Shown: in pieces, positions 36,401 to 47,377 of the stretch
How positions within the stretch are numbered: the first letter of the stretch is position 1
Layout of the letters: each line of letters begins with the position of its first letter
Source: Haliotis rufescens
Lineage: Eukaryota
DNA length: 64,000 nucleotides
NCBI RefSeq assembly: GCF_023055435.1
Contig: NW_025963779.1
Coordinates: 36,642,001 to 36,706,000 of the forward strand
Direction of reading: 5' to 3'
The notes under the pieces: model-generated
What the model saw: the letters and a program-made list of their open reading frames with translations, nothing else
What the model was told of the DNA's origin: nothing
The model's database searches: none
Position numbers and translations under genes: made by a program

Positions 36401-36888
36401 GTTTAGTTTTCATGGTCTGTTGGATCAGTTATTTTTCTGTGGGACTGGTTCGGTTGGCGTCCTGAGTGAGTAAGTGAGTTGGATTTAACGCCGCTTCTAA
36501 CAGTATTCCAGTTATATAGCGGCGTGTCAGCTTAATGTGGGAGGAAAGACCGAAGTAGTGCAGGTCTCAGACATTTACCACTTCGGTGAAACCCACGAGC
36601 ACGGGTATGGTGTTGACAAACCTAGAAACATAATCGAGGCGAACCAGGATTCGAACCCACAATCACAGGTTTCTGGCGTGCCCAAGGGACGCAACTCTTC
36701 ACAGCAAATCGCAGCGCCTTAGACAACTGGGCCACCTGTGCCCCCCTGGCGTCCTGAAACATTACATTTGTAGAACACTGTATGACGTATTTAGTCACCT
36801 TGCAATGTCGGCGTGCTTCCTTAAATTCTTTATTCCGAATTGCCTCCCTTGCATTTTTCAAAGCGTTCTTTACTTCCTTGGAATCCAT
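3429..36888 (-). CDS. SKIC3: SKI complex subunit 3 / tetratricopeptide repeat protein 37 (5' ~732 codons; gene continues beyond left edge)
   Basis: Exons in transcript order: 36888-36799, 36289-36146, 33894-33803, 33638-33566, 33096-32971, 32619-32524, 32279-32165, 30494-30345, 30106-30005, 29498-29353, 25829-25752, 25040-24943, 12214-12082, 11349-11270, 11115-11016, 9187-9135, 8773-8666, 7777-7693, 6907-6876, 6541-6441, 6264-6162, 3521-3429. All are GT-AG except one GC-AG, and phases are consistent. Peptides [76 protein letters not shown] and [15 protein letters not shown] match my recollection of TTC37/SKI3. Confidence 0.93.
3881..4176. repeat. 63-bp tandem array, about 4.7 copies
   Basis: Unit ATACCTCCATGTCAGAATGATGAGATCTGATTGGTTCACGTGATATTGATAAAATATGTTATC. 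Confidence 0.93.
4179..6150. repeat. 37/40-bp tandem array, about 52 copies (GACTTAAGGATGTGATCATGGAGATCCCCGGTGTAAT)
   Basis: Direct periodicity; ends about 10 nt from the SKIC3 donor at 6161. Confidence 0.96.
6664..6765. repeat. (GAGT)n-type microsatellite
   Basis: Imperfect GAGT / TTGAGTGG runs. Confidence 0.85.
7435..7596 (-). mobile_element. tRNA-derived SINE (family A)
   Basis: Minus-strand head with A box (TAGCCTAGTGG) and degenerate B box (GGTTTTGATGCCC); ACTC tail; near-copy at 7886-8047. Confidence 0.75.
7886..8047 (-). mobile_element. tRNA-derived SINE (family A)
   Basis: Same sequence family as 7435-7596; 3' fragment also at 47846-47906 (+). Confidence 0.75.
9313..10661. repeat. 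Complex minisatellite built from GTGACACAAGTGGCCC(T/A) and GTGACATAA subunits, with a roughly 337-bp higher-order duplication
   Basis: The variant block AGAGGCCCTGTGATATATAAGTGACTTAAG recurs at about 9615 and 9952. The long repeat ORFs here are artefacts. Confidence 0.9.
11541..12117 (-). repeat. 40-bp tandem array, about 14 copies, of a SKIC3 exon 3' end plus donor
   Basis: Unit on the minus strand is GGGGTGCAGGAGAGATGTTTCAAGGCCTTCCTTAAG|GTGA, matching the end of exon 12214-12082. Confidence 0.93.
16682..17220 (-). repeat. In-frame 183-bp (61-codon) triplication within outer DIRS gag
   Basis: Unit starts at 16682, 16865 and 17048; single copy in the inner element (about 18880-19060). Confidence 0.85.
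17966..20236 (+). pseudogene. DIRS gag-like ORF1 (probable spliced start 17966-17980 joined to 18468; frameshifted near 18870)
   Basis: N-terminal Cys/His cluster CTGC...HDTCIKC...H...CPIC. A deletion relative to the outer copy near 18870 shifts frame into the 18950-20236 ORF, which ends in an RG-rich tail. Confidence 0.7.
20137..22304 (+). pseudogene. DIRS pol: reverse transcriptase, RNase H and Dam-like methyltransferase domain (disabled)
   Basis: Motifs [50 protein letters not shown]; catalytic YLDD mutated to YLDH; frameshifting deletion near 21220; RNase [34 protein letters not shown]; MT VDLFAS...WAFPP with TGA at 21891-21893. Confidence 0.85.
22241..23203 (+). CDS. DIRS tyrosine recombinase domain (C-terminal part of ORF3, whose N-terminal part overlaps pol from about 19992)
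   Basis: Catalytic residues intact: R (SGRRVGDI), HxxR (AHSVR), W (AAIWS), Y (FIKHY). In frame with ORF 21278-22240 but separated from it by TAG at 22238-22240. Confidence 0.85.
   Translation, partial: ACYARWCVDRRIADPFSADLVAVLEFLQSRLDVGLAASTVQGYSTAIAAFHVPVDGALLGAHPLVQRFLAGVDRIRPPVRRISPPWELSIVLDWLSGPSFRDLSSLSLQLLSWKTAFLVAVTSGRRVGDIHAMSADPELTVFHRDRVSIRLPDSYRPKVAHALHLTAPIELPALSQPSSSGTTTRHAHVLDVRRTLKSYISRTKGIRKDNQLFCCYGGRKAGSPASKQTISRWIVSTICTAYTLQGRDPPTKLKAHSVRAVATTQAYAAALPIEEICSAAIWSQPSTFIKHYQLDKHSSERARFGQSVLRTGQSSTSLAD
23673..23767 (+). other. DIRS internal complementary region (ICR) of inner element
   Basis: First half is the reverse complement of 17677-17716; second half is the reverse complement of 23967-24020. 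It encodes the circle junction GTAAAA|TTCTC. The outer-element equivalent is at 12698-12792. Confidence 0.88.
26279..26492 (-). mobile_element. SINE-like interspersed repeat (family C)
   Basis: Shares ATCACTGGATTGTCT..TCCAGACTCGATTATTTACAGACC and an AAAC tail with 31619-31778 and 61143-61410. Confidence 0.65.
26733..29405 (-). repeat. 80-bp (some 84-bp) tandem array, about 33 copies, of a SKIC3 exon 3' end plus donor
   Basis: Unit on the minus strand is AGTCGGTTCACCCCACTGTCTGGCACAGGCAAGGGAGATCCTGTCACAG|GTACACATCTAGAGTTATCTGCCCCCTGTAG; the first copy is the real exon 29498-29353. Confidence 0.95.
31619..31778 (+). mobile_element. SINE-like interspersed repeat (family C), 3' part
   Basis: Similarity to 61143-61410; (AAAC)n tail. 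Confidence 0.65.
34042..34548. mobile_element. MITE, 507 bp, 18-bp TIR CAGAGCTCCAGATAAGCT, 5-bp TSD TGATG
   Basis: Perfect TIR and TSD visible; near-identical copy at 58713-59218. Confidence 0.9.
34658..35300 (-). repeat. 50-bp tandem array (13 copies) of a Penelope-like minimal hammerhead-like motif
   Basis: Minus-strand unit ...GC TTGACAA C GGTGTA AGGATT TATGCC GAAAC GTC GCCATTAC...; followed on the minus strand by AATATAAAGAAGTTG, as in Penelope pLTR ends. The repeat is certain; the ribozyme call is inferred. Confidence 0.7.
36463..36746 (-). mobile_element. tRNA-derived SINE (family B)
   Basis: A box TGGCCCAGTTGTCTAAGG, B box GGTTCGAATCC, ACTC tail; copies at 45105-45384 (-), 40495-40730 (+) and a degenerate one at 49018-49228. 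Confidence 0.78.
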
Positions 36889-37476
36889 GCTGTGTATAGG
36901 TCATCCAATTACTGTGCACCAAGACTCTGCACAACATCAGTTTCCCTACAACAAAAAACAGGTCAGCTCAAGCATTAAGGCCTAATTTGAAACTCATATT
37001 AACAAAGATTTTAACATGGCAGTATAGATTTATACTTATATTTTGTCACAAATCTGCATAAACGGTATTTTAAACTAATAAGTATTGACCATGTGTCCTG
37101 GATTTGTTTAGAATGGTATGTGTTAACTATCACAGACATTCACAACGGTTGTACTCTATGGTGGTGCTCTGTTGTAAATATACAAATTATCTTTGAGTGA
37201 TTCTATATTGTAAGCCATATGTTAAGTTATTAATTGCTGTGGCATTAGCATATCTGTTAACGTGCAACTCCCATACAATTGGCACAAGACTGGACCATCA
37301 CAAACCGAAGTGTTAAAGGGACAGTACATCAACGGTTCTGTAGGAAATAATTTAATAGTGTGTCACATTTGCCTCGATTAAAAAACAAGACAGAAGCCAG
37401 TTTGCTCTATGCGAAGCTCTATTGTTTTGGTTGAAGAATTAAAAATACAGAGGCATACATTGAAAAATGATCTCAC

Positions 37477-38920
37477 CTATGGCAGGTATGGGCCACCGTA
37501 CTACAGAGAGCTACCGATGAGGTCGCTTTCTTGTGTAAAGCTATATTGTCATAATTCTCACTGTCACAGTAGTTGAATATGTATATAATTATGCAAAACA
37601 ATATGTAAAGCGCACCAAAAGGCTTGCATTTGGCCCATCTGTTCTTATTTCAGAATAAGTGTGTTTGTTTACAAACAAGAGGAATGTCCTGTCACATAAT
37701 AAGCCTACACCCGCAGTGCGGTCACTGGAGCAGAAACGAAATAAGGCAAGCAGAGACGAGTAAACCTGGGGGTAAATGGCTATTGTTTACAAACAAAGCT
37801 TCAGACCGTTTGTCCCTTTAATAACTGACTGCCACAAGCTGGGAAACATTGACGCTTATGTGAGCAAAATACCACATGCAGGCCAACATTCACATGGAAA
37901 CTTGTGTTCGTGCGATATGTTCACACTTAACCATCTGCATTCTCATGATTCACTCAATCAGATTCAAACTCAACATTCATCTCAAACATCTTGATCTTGA
38001 CATGGACCCCAAGTAAAACACGATTTCACTGACTGAAATAATTTAGTGTTGTGCATTAGAGAACTTTGGTTATTCTATTGTTTTCAGTAAATTGTTCAAA
38101 TCATCCAACAGCTGATTGGTTCGATCAGATGAAATGTATACTAACCGAACGTTTACTTAAATTTTTGTGAAATTCTCCTGTGCATACACTTTGACAGAGC
38201 ATTGCCTATTATTTTGACCTTTTCGTTCACTATATGAATTTATGAAAGATTGCAGTTGATGCATCTATATGTATTTATGATAATGCTGAAGCTGTGCAGG
38301 ACTAGGTTTACTCGGATGACAGCCTACTCTCTATTTATTTCACGGCACCTGTTCTCCAAAAATAGCCTAAATCACATCAAGTCAACAGTCATAAGCCTAT
38401 GGACATTATTGTTCTGTCAAGATGTCAACTGAGTGTACGTACATCTAACACTGACTTCGGGTAATGCCAATGCTAAACTAGTCTTAATAATTCATATCGT
38501 CTCAGCTAAGACTAAGACTAGTTATAAGAGTAATAAGAGACGATTTAGAAGTCAGTTTCGTTTTCACGGGATATAGATTTCGTGATAGTGTCAGATGTTT
38601 TTCGGTCGCACTGAAGTACAGCGTTTTCGTGAGGCTTTCAGCATGTGTGAGATGTAGGGAGATACGGCTGAAGAATGAGAATATTTGGACTCACAAGTCT
38701 CAGGCTAGATCTATTATGTTCACCTAAGCTGGGCCCCGTCTCTAATATCACAATTTGACGACGCGCATAGGGAGCCGGGAACCAGCTTATATGTGGCCAA
38801 ATGACACCTGTTGTTATCCCACTGTCCATTGGTCCTTTAATAATGTCTACCAATCAGAGGTCGCATAACAAACTTCGTAGGGTAGTGATGTAAACTTCCG
38901 GTCCACATGGTGGTGGTGAC
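37477..38920. promoter_or_regulatory. Putative divergent promoter region of SKIC3/ZCCHC9
   Basis: Both ATG exons are preceded by acceptors (36946 on minus, 41022 on plus). Candidate SKIC3 UTR donor at 37476. ETS-like ACTTCCGG (38894-38901) next to a YY1-like CACATGG, and CCAAT at about 38850. TSSs are not directly visible. Confidence 0.4.
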
Positions 38921-39956
38921 ATATTCTTATTTCTCGATAATCTCAAATCAACCTGGTGATTATGTCTCTTGTTTTCTATGAATATATTCTTCGATCACAT
39001 CTTACATAACACTTCCTTTATACGCTGAGTAGAAATGGTGAAGTGTAATTTGTTTTGTATTTTATAGATCTGTAATCCTCGTAGGGCCAGCAATGAGTAA
39101 TGTTCCTGGTTCAGTGCTTTTGGCTTGGGGTGTGTCGTTCGTCGCTGAGTCCTGCAGTCTCAACACTATATTCTTGCCTACTTGATCTCCGCTGGCCTAT
39201 TTGGCCTACCCTTGCTTGTTTTGTCTACCCTTGGCTACTTGATCTGCCCTGGCGATCCAGTTCCATATGGTTGTATCAGTGTGTAGGCTGCAGCACTTGA
39301 GTCTGTACTGACACACTAATGTAATTGCTGGCGTACGACTGGTACAAAGCTCAATTCTAAGAATGTATTCATTAATGTTTGGGAAAAAAAGATTCAAAAG
39401 AGTTTGGTAAGATGTATCTGAACTTCAGCAGCACTTTGTCAGAAGCCATACTGCATGGTCACCGACCAGTTATCGCCATTTCTTTCATGTTTTTGCTGAC
39501 ATGTACAAAGTTGACTGTACCAATAACTTTCATTTTTGTGAAACAATGAACAAATGCACTTATTTCTTTCCGTGGAATAAGCATGATAAGATTAAGTTGA
39601 CTTCGGTGTTAACGCTACGATGGGGAATCAAGACAGTGGAAAAAGAAGTTTCCCGTCGACTTACTGTACCAGTTATTGCCATCATCTTTACAGCGCGTGC
39701 CACAACATCACACGACCCACTTCAGTTATACTAATTATATATTTTAGTATCTCGTGTATCACACTCAATTTTTTTATCATCAAAATGAATAAGAAACGCT
39801 ATGATCAATTTGTCGTCTGCAAACTAACAAAACCCAATATTCCCAAAATTTGATCTTCACATGCTTATCCTTAACACTATGTACAATGGATTTCGACATA
39901 TATACACAGGTTCTGCATTTTTGCAAATATGACTAAAATAGGTTGTAAAAATTGTT

Positions 39957-40254
39957 TTTTTTGGAAGAAATGACAACTGAAAGTGCATCATCGTGGCGTT
40001 TGATTTATATTTTCACATGAATTAGTCCTGTCTTTTCTAAATTTGTATTTGAGTTTTTGGGAAGAAATGACAGAACTGAAAGTGCATCATCGTGTTGTTT
40101 GATTTATATTTTCACATGAATTAGTCCTGTGTCTTTTTCTAAAGTTGTATTTGAGTTTTTGGGAAGAAATGACAGAACTGAAAGTGCATCATTGTGTTGT
40201 TTGATTTATATTTTCGTGGGAATTAGTCCTGTGTCTTTTCTAAAGTTGTATTTG
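39957..40254. repeat. About 100-bp tandem triplication
   Basis: GGAAGAAATGACAGAACTGAAAGTGCATCAT recurs three times. Confidence 0.85.
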
Positions 40255-40494
40255 GGGAAGCTAATTATGGTGGGGCTTTTAAAAATATTTCCTCACAAGA
40301 GTCCATTTGGTCATCACTTTTGGATAAATATTTCACTCTTCTCATGAAAACGAGCAAAAGTAAAATGCTTGTTTTCACGTGCGCGCTATAACAGGGAGTT
40401 GGCGATAATTGGTCCTCAGCGATAACTGGTGGATAGCCTGTATACCATTTACCATTGTTCTCTCCCAACAGTGAGGGTCACTGACACACCTGAC

Positions 40495-40730
40495 ACAGAG
40501 TTGCGTCCCTTGGGTATGCCAGAAACATATGATCGTGGGTTAATCCCGGTTTGGCCTAAATATGTTTCTCGGTTTGTCAGCACCATACCCGTTTTTGTGG
40601 ATTTCAACAAAGTAGTTAACGTCTGAGACCTGCATTACTTCAGGATTTCCTCCCATAGTTAAGCTGACATGCCGCGATAATACTGGAATACTCTTCAAAG
40701 CAGTGTTAAAAACCCAGCTCACTCACTCAC
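40495..40730 (+). mobile_element. tRNA-derived SINE (family B), partial
   Basis: Reverse-complement similarity to 36463-36746; CACT tail. Confidence 0.7.
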
Positions 40731-41025
40731 TCTCCAACAGTCAGTGATGGGAGAGGAATCATTTACTTTGTGTCAGCTAGTGACATAAATGTATAAAGAG
40801 ATTGAATGGTGGCTTTTTCTTAAGAAAAAATGCTTACTGTATGTGATTATTGAAAACTAAAAAAATAAATTGCTGCTTTGGGATGATTAGTTATATAGGT
40901 CCATGATTTAATGTGGTAACATTAAATAGGTGAGTAAGTTATGGTTAGTGATGATCAGTTTAATTAAGATATTTATGTCATCTGTTATGTGATGTAGTTT
41001 TGTTTTACATTTATGGTTTCAGATC

Positions 41026-44000
41026 ATGACACGCTTTGCGAGAGCCGGTAATGCTAAGAAGATCCCACATGATGGTACAGAGTGGAAGGATATGTTTGGA
41101 AGTGGTAGTGAATCCAAACAGAAGTCAGACAGTGTGTCCAAAACACAAGGGAAAAAACATGACAAAAAATTCAAGAAATTCAAGAAGGATAAAATGAATA
41201 AGAAAGTCAAAGGCATTGGAAAAAATATAAAGGTTGATGAACAAAAGCCATGGCAAGTGAACAGTACTACTGGTGATAAGATGAAGGAACGGGCTATGAG
41301 GAATCAGTTCTTCCGGGATAAAAAAAGTGAACAGAGGCGTGTACAGAGGAAGGATGATAGAGACCGATATCTGGTAAGACATGCTGGTGCAAGGTGTGAT
41401 CTCAGTGTTCCTGTTTACCGGTAATTACCAGTAATTTACCAGTAAAATTAGGTTTGGACTGGTAATTCATGTGACTGCCTGTCCCTGTGGACCGGCAAAT
41501 AAACTACCCCATAAATCTTTGTTGTTGAACAAAACATTGGCGATATTCATATAACTATATTTTCGAACGAAGTCAGCTTGTCTGTCCATCAGGGTTTCCC
41601 CTGTCTATTTTTAGTGCAAGGAAATAACATTCACTTTGCTTTCGAAATTAAATCTGTATTTCTATCAAATTAGGCGTGAAATATTCAAAGAAAGGAGAGA
41701 AAATTGTTACTGGACTTTGTGTGAATGACGTGTAGATCTATCCAAGTTACTTCAGATATGATGTCATGGCATTAAACCTGATGTTGAAAGAACATACAGT
41801 TTTTGATTTGTTGAATGTCGGAACTGACAAAAATTAGGTGGGACTGGTAATTTTCAGAGTTGCCAGTCCATCATGTCAATCAGGACTGGCAGTTTCAAAA
41901 GCCAGCAGGAACACTGGATCTTTTATTTTGCATGTTTAATAAACAACTTGGGCTGTAACTCATGGTGAAACACTGATGTCATATCAGAAATGACCATGCT
42001 AGGCATGCTTACAGCCCCTAAAACATCCAAGTGTTCCTGCTGGCTTTTGAAACTGCCAGTCCTGATGGACACGATGGACTGGCAACTCTAAAAATTACCA
42101 GTCCCCAATCATTTTTGTCAGCCCCAACTTTCAATAAAATAAAAATATATGAAAATTACCTGGTTTTAATTCTTTCAACATCATGTTTAATGCAATGACG
42201 TCATCTCTGAAGTAACTTAGTTAGATCTACATGTCATTTACACAAAGTGCAGTTACAATTTTCACCTATTTTTTTTTTTATATTTCGAGACAAAGTCGTT
42301 ACAAATATATATTTCACCTCGAAGCAAAGTAAAATGTTATTTTATTGCATCAAAAACAGGCAAGGGGAAACACTGATCAGGCTGATGGTAACAGACATGC
42401 TGACTTTGTCGGAACAATAGACTTATATCATGTATATGAATATCGCTGATGTTATGTTTAACAACAACCACCTATAGGGTACTTTATTTGCCGGTCCACA
42501 GGGACTGGCAGTCACATGAATTACCGGCCCAAGCCTAATTTTACCGGTTAAAAACTGGTATTACCGGTAAACAGGAACACTGCATCCCCTTCTTTCAGGT
42601 CGCACTATAGAAACTGGTCATATTCCACTTTATACATGATCTAAGATATGTTGGGTCCAACCAGTACAAATAATCCTGATTATAGGGTCTGCTCACATGT
42701 GATTTTTATATAACATGTAAACACACACAGCATTATCATGGAATGGCTTTTGAAATATCCCTATACTGTTATTGTTAATCTTGGTGAAACTTCCCAAATT
42801 TGAATTAAATATTTTGCAATTACACAACTCAGAAATGTGAGTCCACCATGCTCAATGTTAGAATGGATGCAGGAAAAAATATAGTGCGTCCCAAGGGATG
42901 CACAGTACTATTCATTGTACCAAATTCTTGACAAGAAATACATGAAATATAAGATCCTGTGATTAATGTAATGATGAAATCCTACAATACAGTACATGAC
43001 ACCATTACTTTACAGGACCCTCATATCAGCTGTATTGACTCTTGAAATGAATTATTGGGGGTGCCCTGGACCCCCAGTGTTGTAGGGCAAGGTAAACCAT
43101 GTGATACACTGTGATGTTACTGATATACTCCTCAAAGTGACATTAAACCCAAATCCTCCTAATTACCAAATTTTTCCAATTTTTTAAAATCCTAGATATT
43201 AAAAGTAGAGACGCTAGCTGGATCTTGATTCCCACTTACCAAAACTGAAAAAACATCATGGACATTTTGATAAGGTTCTTTATCATGTTTATGTGAAACA
43301 TTTACTTTTTACAATGTTCTTATAACATTGCACAAGCCTCCCTGGATCCCTTAAGTCTTGGAACTAAATGCTTCACTGGACAAACAACTCCTATTATCAT
43401 CTAGAATGTCAGAGTTGTATCATCAGTGCCCTTGTGTAGATGTGTGGTGTCTCCTGTGTAGGTGTGTTTCAACTGCCGGAAGCATGGTCACCGGATGGGA
43501 GACTGCCCCCAGACGAAAGGCTCCAGCAGTCATGGCACAGGCATCTGCTTCAAATGTGGCTCCACGGAGCATGTGTCAAGTGCATGTTCCGCAAAAGTAG
43601 CTCCAGGTAGGGTTCTTGGGTTTCCTCAGGATAAGGGCATTTCTTATTTAAGGTGTTTTTGTATCCCTACCGCACATTGCATGATGGACATGTCTGTACA
43701 TCTGTCCATAATGTTTGAACACAATTATTTATATTGTGGACATTTAGTTTACCGTTTTTGCCGTAATAAGCGCCATGGGTGCTATGAAAGCTAACAAAGG
43801 GGAATTGCTTGTTGAAACCATACAAGGTAAATTTGATGTCAGAGCGATAGAGAATGGACATATTCAAACAGGAAACTTTTCTGTTTCATTAATAGCTTCC
43901 AGGACCTTATATACCCTATTAAGACGACTCTGTTTTATGAAAACAGAGCTGTACGATAAACAAGAAAATATTACTTTCATATAAAAGTTTGGGCTTAAGA

Positions 44001-45607
44001 CATGGGTCTTATAAATATCACTTACAGGCTGCAAAGGGGTGCTTTTTTAAACGGGTGCTTAATACAGCAAATACGGTATTACATTGCATGGAATCATTAA
44101 TCGAGGAGTACAGCCCAAACAGTGTGAACAGAATTATAAACCATTTACTCTGTATCTTCTGTGTATGTACTGTCTACATCGTCATCATCTACACACCTAA
44201 TTGTCATGTGGTATGTTTTTCATATAAGGTTATTTATGTTCAGTGTTCACAGCATTGATTTGCCTATACCATGTATACTTCAGTGAAGTCTGTCACATCT
44301 ATTGCTGTTGTTGTTCCAGAGAATTACCCATTTGCGAAGTGCTTCATCTGTGGGGAGATGGGTCACATCACCAGGCAGTGTCCAGACAACCCAAGGGGCC
44401 TCTATCCTAATGGTAACTAAACTGCAGGATTTATCTATAACTATGCAGGACTGTGTGAGAGGTTTACCAAATTTGCAGATGGTGGATATAGCTTGGATGG
44501 GTTATTTGTGGGAAGAAGAATAGCTTTGTATTTCATCATAATGATTCTGAGAGTGCTGTACAACCTCAATCTTCAGCATGTGTTCAGGGGCATGTCGTTC
44601 TGAAGATATAAGTGTTAGTCTGCTTCCTGTATTACATTGTAATGATTCCGACACCCTCCATCTTCAGGGGATGCTGTAATGAATGTGGATCTGTAGATAT
44701 AAGTGTTGTATCTGCTTCATGTATTACATCGTAATGATTCCGACACCCTCCATCTTCGGGGGGTGCTGTAATGAATGTGGATCTGTAGATATAAGTGTTA
44801 GTCTGCTTCCTGTATTACATTGTAATGATTCTGACACCCTCCATCTTCAGGGGGATGCTCTAATGAATGTGGATCTGTAGATATAAGTGTTGTATCTGCT
44901 TCATGTATTACATTGTAATGATTCTGACACTCTCCATCTTCAGGGGGATGCTGTAATGAATGTGGATCTGTGGAGCACTTAAAGAAAGACTGTCCTGACC
45001 TACAGAAACAGAGAGGTACTGTGATTGGATGTGTTTGTAGAATGTAGCCGAATGAGATGAACGTGCCAGTTTCTAGGTAGAAGTACATGTATGTTACCAG
45101 TTAAGTGAGTGAGTGAGTTGGGTTTAACGCCGCTTTTAACAGTATTCCAGTTATATCGCGGCGTGTCAGCTTAATGTCGGAGGAAAGCCTGAAGTGATGC
45201 AGGTCTCAGACATTTACCACTTCGGTGAAACCCACGAGCACGGTATGGTGCTGACAAACCTAGAAACATAATCGGGGCGAACCGGGATTCGAACCCACAA
45301 TCATAGGTTTCTGGCGTGCCCAAGGGACGCAACTCTGCACAGCGAAACGCGGCGCCTTAGACGACTGGGCCACCCGTGCCCCCACCAGTTAAGTTAAAGA
45401 TGCTATATCCACTGCAACATGTCTTTGAATTTGTCAAGAAACTAACTCCCATTATTTGTGAAACTGTATATTTCAGGTATTGAGACTGTGACAATAGACA
45501 AGATGAGCAACACCCAGAGTGCAGACACCGAGTTGGACACATCACCACAGCCACCACCTAAGAAAAAGAAAGGTGGACATGGTGGAACAAAGATTGTGAA
45601 ATTTTGA
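41026..45607 (+). CDS. ZCCHC9: Zinc finger CCHC domain-containing protein 9 (4 zinc knuckles, 262 aa)
   Basis: Exons 41026-41373, 43462-43606, 44320-44412, 44944-45015, 45477-45607 (789 nt). MTRFAR N-terminus, Lys-rich region, knuckles CFNCRKHGHRMGDC, CFKCGSTEHVSSAC, CFICGEMGHITRQC (followed by PDNPRGLYP) and CNECGSVEHLKKDC, C-terminal KIVKF. AATAAA at 45613-45618. Confidence 0.9.
41403..41916 (+). mobile_element. MITE, TIR CAGTGTTCCTG, 5-bp TSD GATCT
   Basis: TIR and TSD visible; inverted sister copy at 42028-42582. Confidence 0.85.
42028..42582 (-). mobile_element. MITE (same family, inverted), 5-bp TSD CATCC
   Basis: Reverse complement of 41403-41916 with indels; has its own TSD. Confidence 0.85.
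44604..44971 (+). repeat. About 92-bp tandem array (4 copies) of the ZCCHC9 exon-4 acceptor plus exon start
   Basis: Each unit ends ...CCATCTTCAG|GGGGATGCTGTAATGAATGTGGATCTGT; only the last copy continues as GSVEHLKKDC. Confidence 0.9.
45105..45384 (-). mobile_element. tRNA-derived SINE (family B)
   Basis: Close copy of 36463-36746; flanked by a direct repeat ACCAGTTAAG(T). Confidence 0.8.
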
Positions 45608-45956
45608 TATGTAATAAATTGTCCTGATAGAGATACCTTTAGTTTGTCTGTGGAGTCTGATTAGCCAAACATCCCAGTCATAGATGATGCCACAGGTAGA
45701 TGTTCTATCTCCAGACTAGCTGAGCATCTTCATCACATACTGAACAACAGCACAAACACATTTGTTTTGTACAAAGTTTAATAGCAGCAAGTTATTTTAC
45801 AATTAAATTAAAAAATATAGAAATCCCAAGGTATAATCTGTACAATAACTTAACAGTGTGTACGCTAAGTCAGCTAGTTGTTATTCTGGGTATGAAGAGG
45901 TATAAATGATAACACAATCACATATCACACATTTTAACTATACACAGCAGAAGATC

Positions 45957-46145
45957 GCAGCACAACATTGTCAGTTACTAGTTAACAAGGAGGCCCTTGC
46001 TTAGCAGTACAGCACAACATTGTCAGTTACTAGTTAAACAAGGAGGCGCTTGCTTAGCAGTACAGCACAACATTGTCAGTTTCCAGGTAACAAGGAGGCA
46101 TTGCTTAGCAGTACAGCACAACATTGTCAGTTTTCAGGTAACAAG
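45957..46145. repeat. About 51-bp tandem repeat, 3.5 copies
   Basis: TTGCTTAGCAGTACAGCACAACATTGTCAGTT recurs. Confidence 0.8.
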
Positions 46146-46886
46146 CACAACAGTTTTGACAAATCAATGCATACCGGTAACAAAGACTGGCCCCTAGAAA
46201 CTACAACACAACCAGATTTTAAAACCTCAAGCATTCATGATTGGGGCTGAGGGAAAGACTGATGGCCAAAACATTCTTTTTGCAAAACAACACAAGTGAT
46301 CATGTCTGATGAATTCCTTTGATCAGTATGGCCATGAATTCAATTAAGTATGCAAAACATGTAGGTACTTAACTCAAGACCCTAACTATAACAATTATCT
46401 ATGAGTATCTGACAAAGGGCTGTTTCCCCAAATCGCCATTGAGAAGAAAACATATTAACAAAATTTAACATTGCACTTGCTTGAAAGAAACTGCTCAATA
46501 CAGATACTGCTCACTGTGTTTTCTTGGGTTGACAAAAGTGATAACATCATGAAGCCAACATCATTAGCAAGGTAGGCATGGACTATTCAAATATACCAAC
46601 TTTATTCAACATTGATCCAATTGTGATGAAATGATATGTATAGCACTGATTAGTGATAAAATCACACCATAGATCATAATGCACTGCACAAAAACTGTTA
46701 CATACTTCAGAATTACCATGACACGTTTTAACATCAGAACTACATATATCAGTGAGTGCATTTTGAACCTGTTAACATAAACGCTTTTCCTATCAATGAA
46801 AATTGGGATTAGATGATAAGACATTTCATACAACAATATTCAGTGCTTATGCACTTTTGTTCATAATCATTCCTTGAATCGTGTTT

Positions 46887-47377
46887 CAAAGGTTCAAGGA
46901 TGATACACATGCATCAAGGTTCAAGGATGATACACATGTATCAAGGTTCAAGGATGACACACATGTATCAAGGTTCAAGGATGATACACATGTATCAAGG
47001 TTCAAGGATGACACACATGTATCAAGGTTCAAGGATGATACACATGCATCAAGGTTCAAGAATGATACACATGCATTAAGGTTCAAGGATGACACACATG
47101 CATCAAGGTTCAAGGATGATACACATGCCTCAAGGTTCAAGGATGACACATGCATCAAGGTTCAAGGATGACACATGTATCAAGGTTCAAGGATGATACA
47201 CATGCATCAAGGTTCAAGAATGATACACATGTATCAAGGTTCAAGGATGATACACATGTATCAAGGTTCAAGGATGACACACATGCATCAAGGTTCAAGA
47301 ATGATACACATGCATCAAGGTTCAAGGATGATACACATGTATCAAGGTTCAAGGATGACACACATGCATCAAGGTTC
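46887..47377. repeat. 27-bp tandem array, about 18 copies (TCAAGGTTCAAGGATGATACACATGCA)
   Basis: Direct periodicity. Confidence 0.95.

Noticed and set aside
36620-36746. tRNA gene
   Set aside because: A and B boxes are present but there is no clean cloverleaf; it is followed by a SINE body and tail and occurs in multiple dispersed copies.
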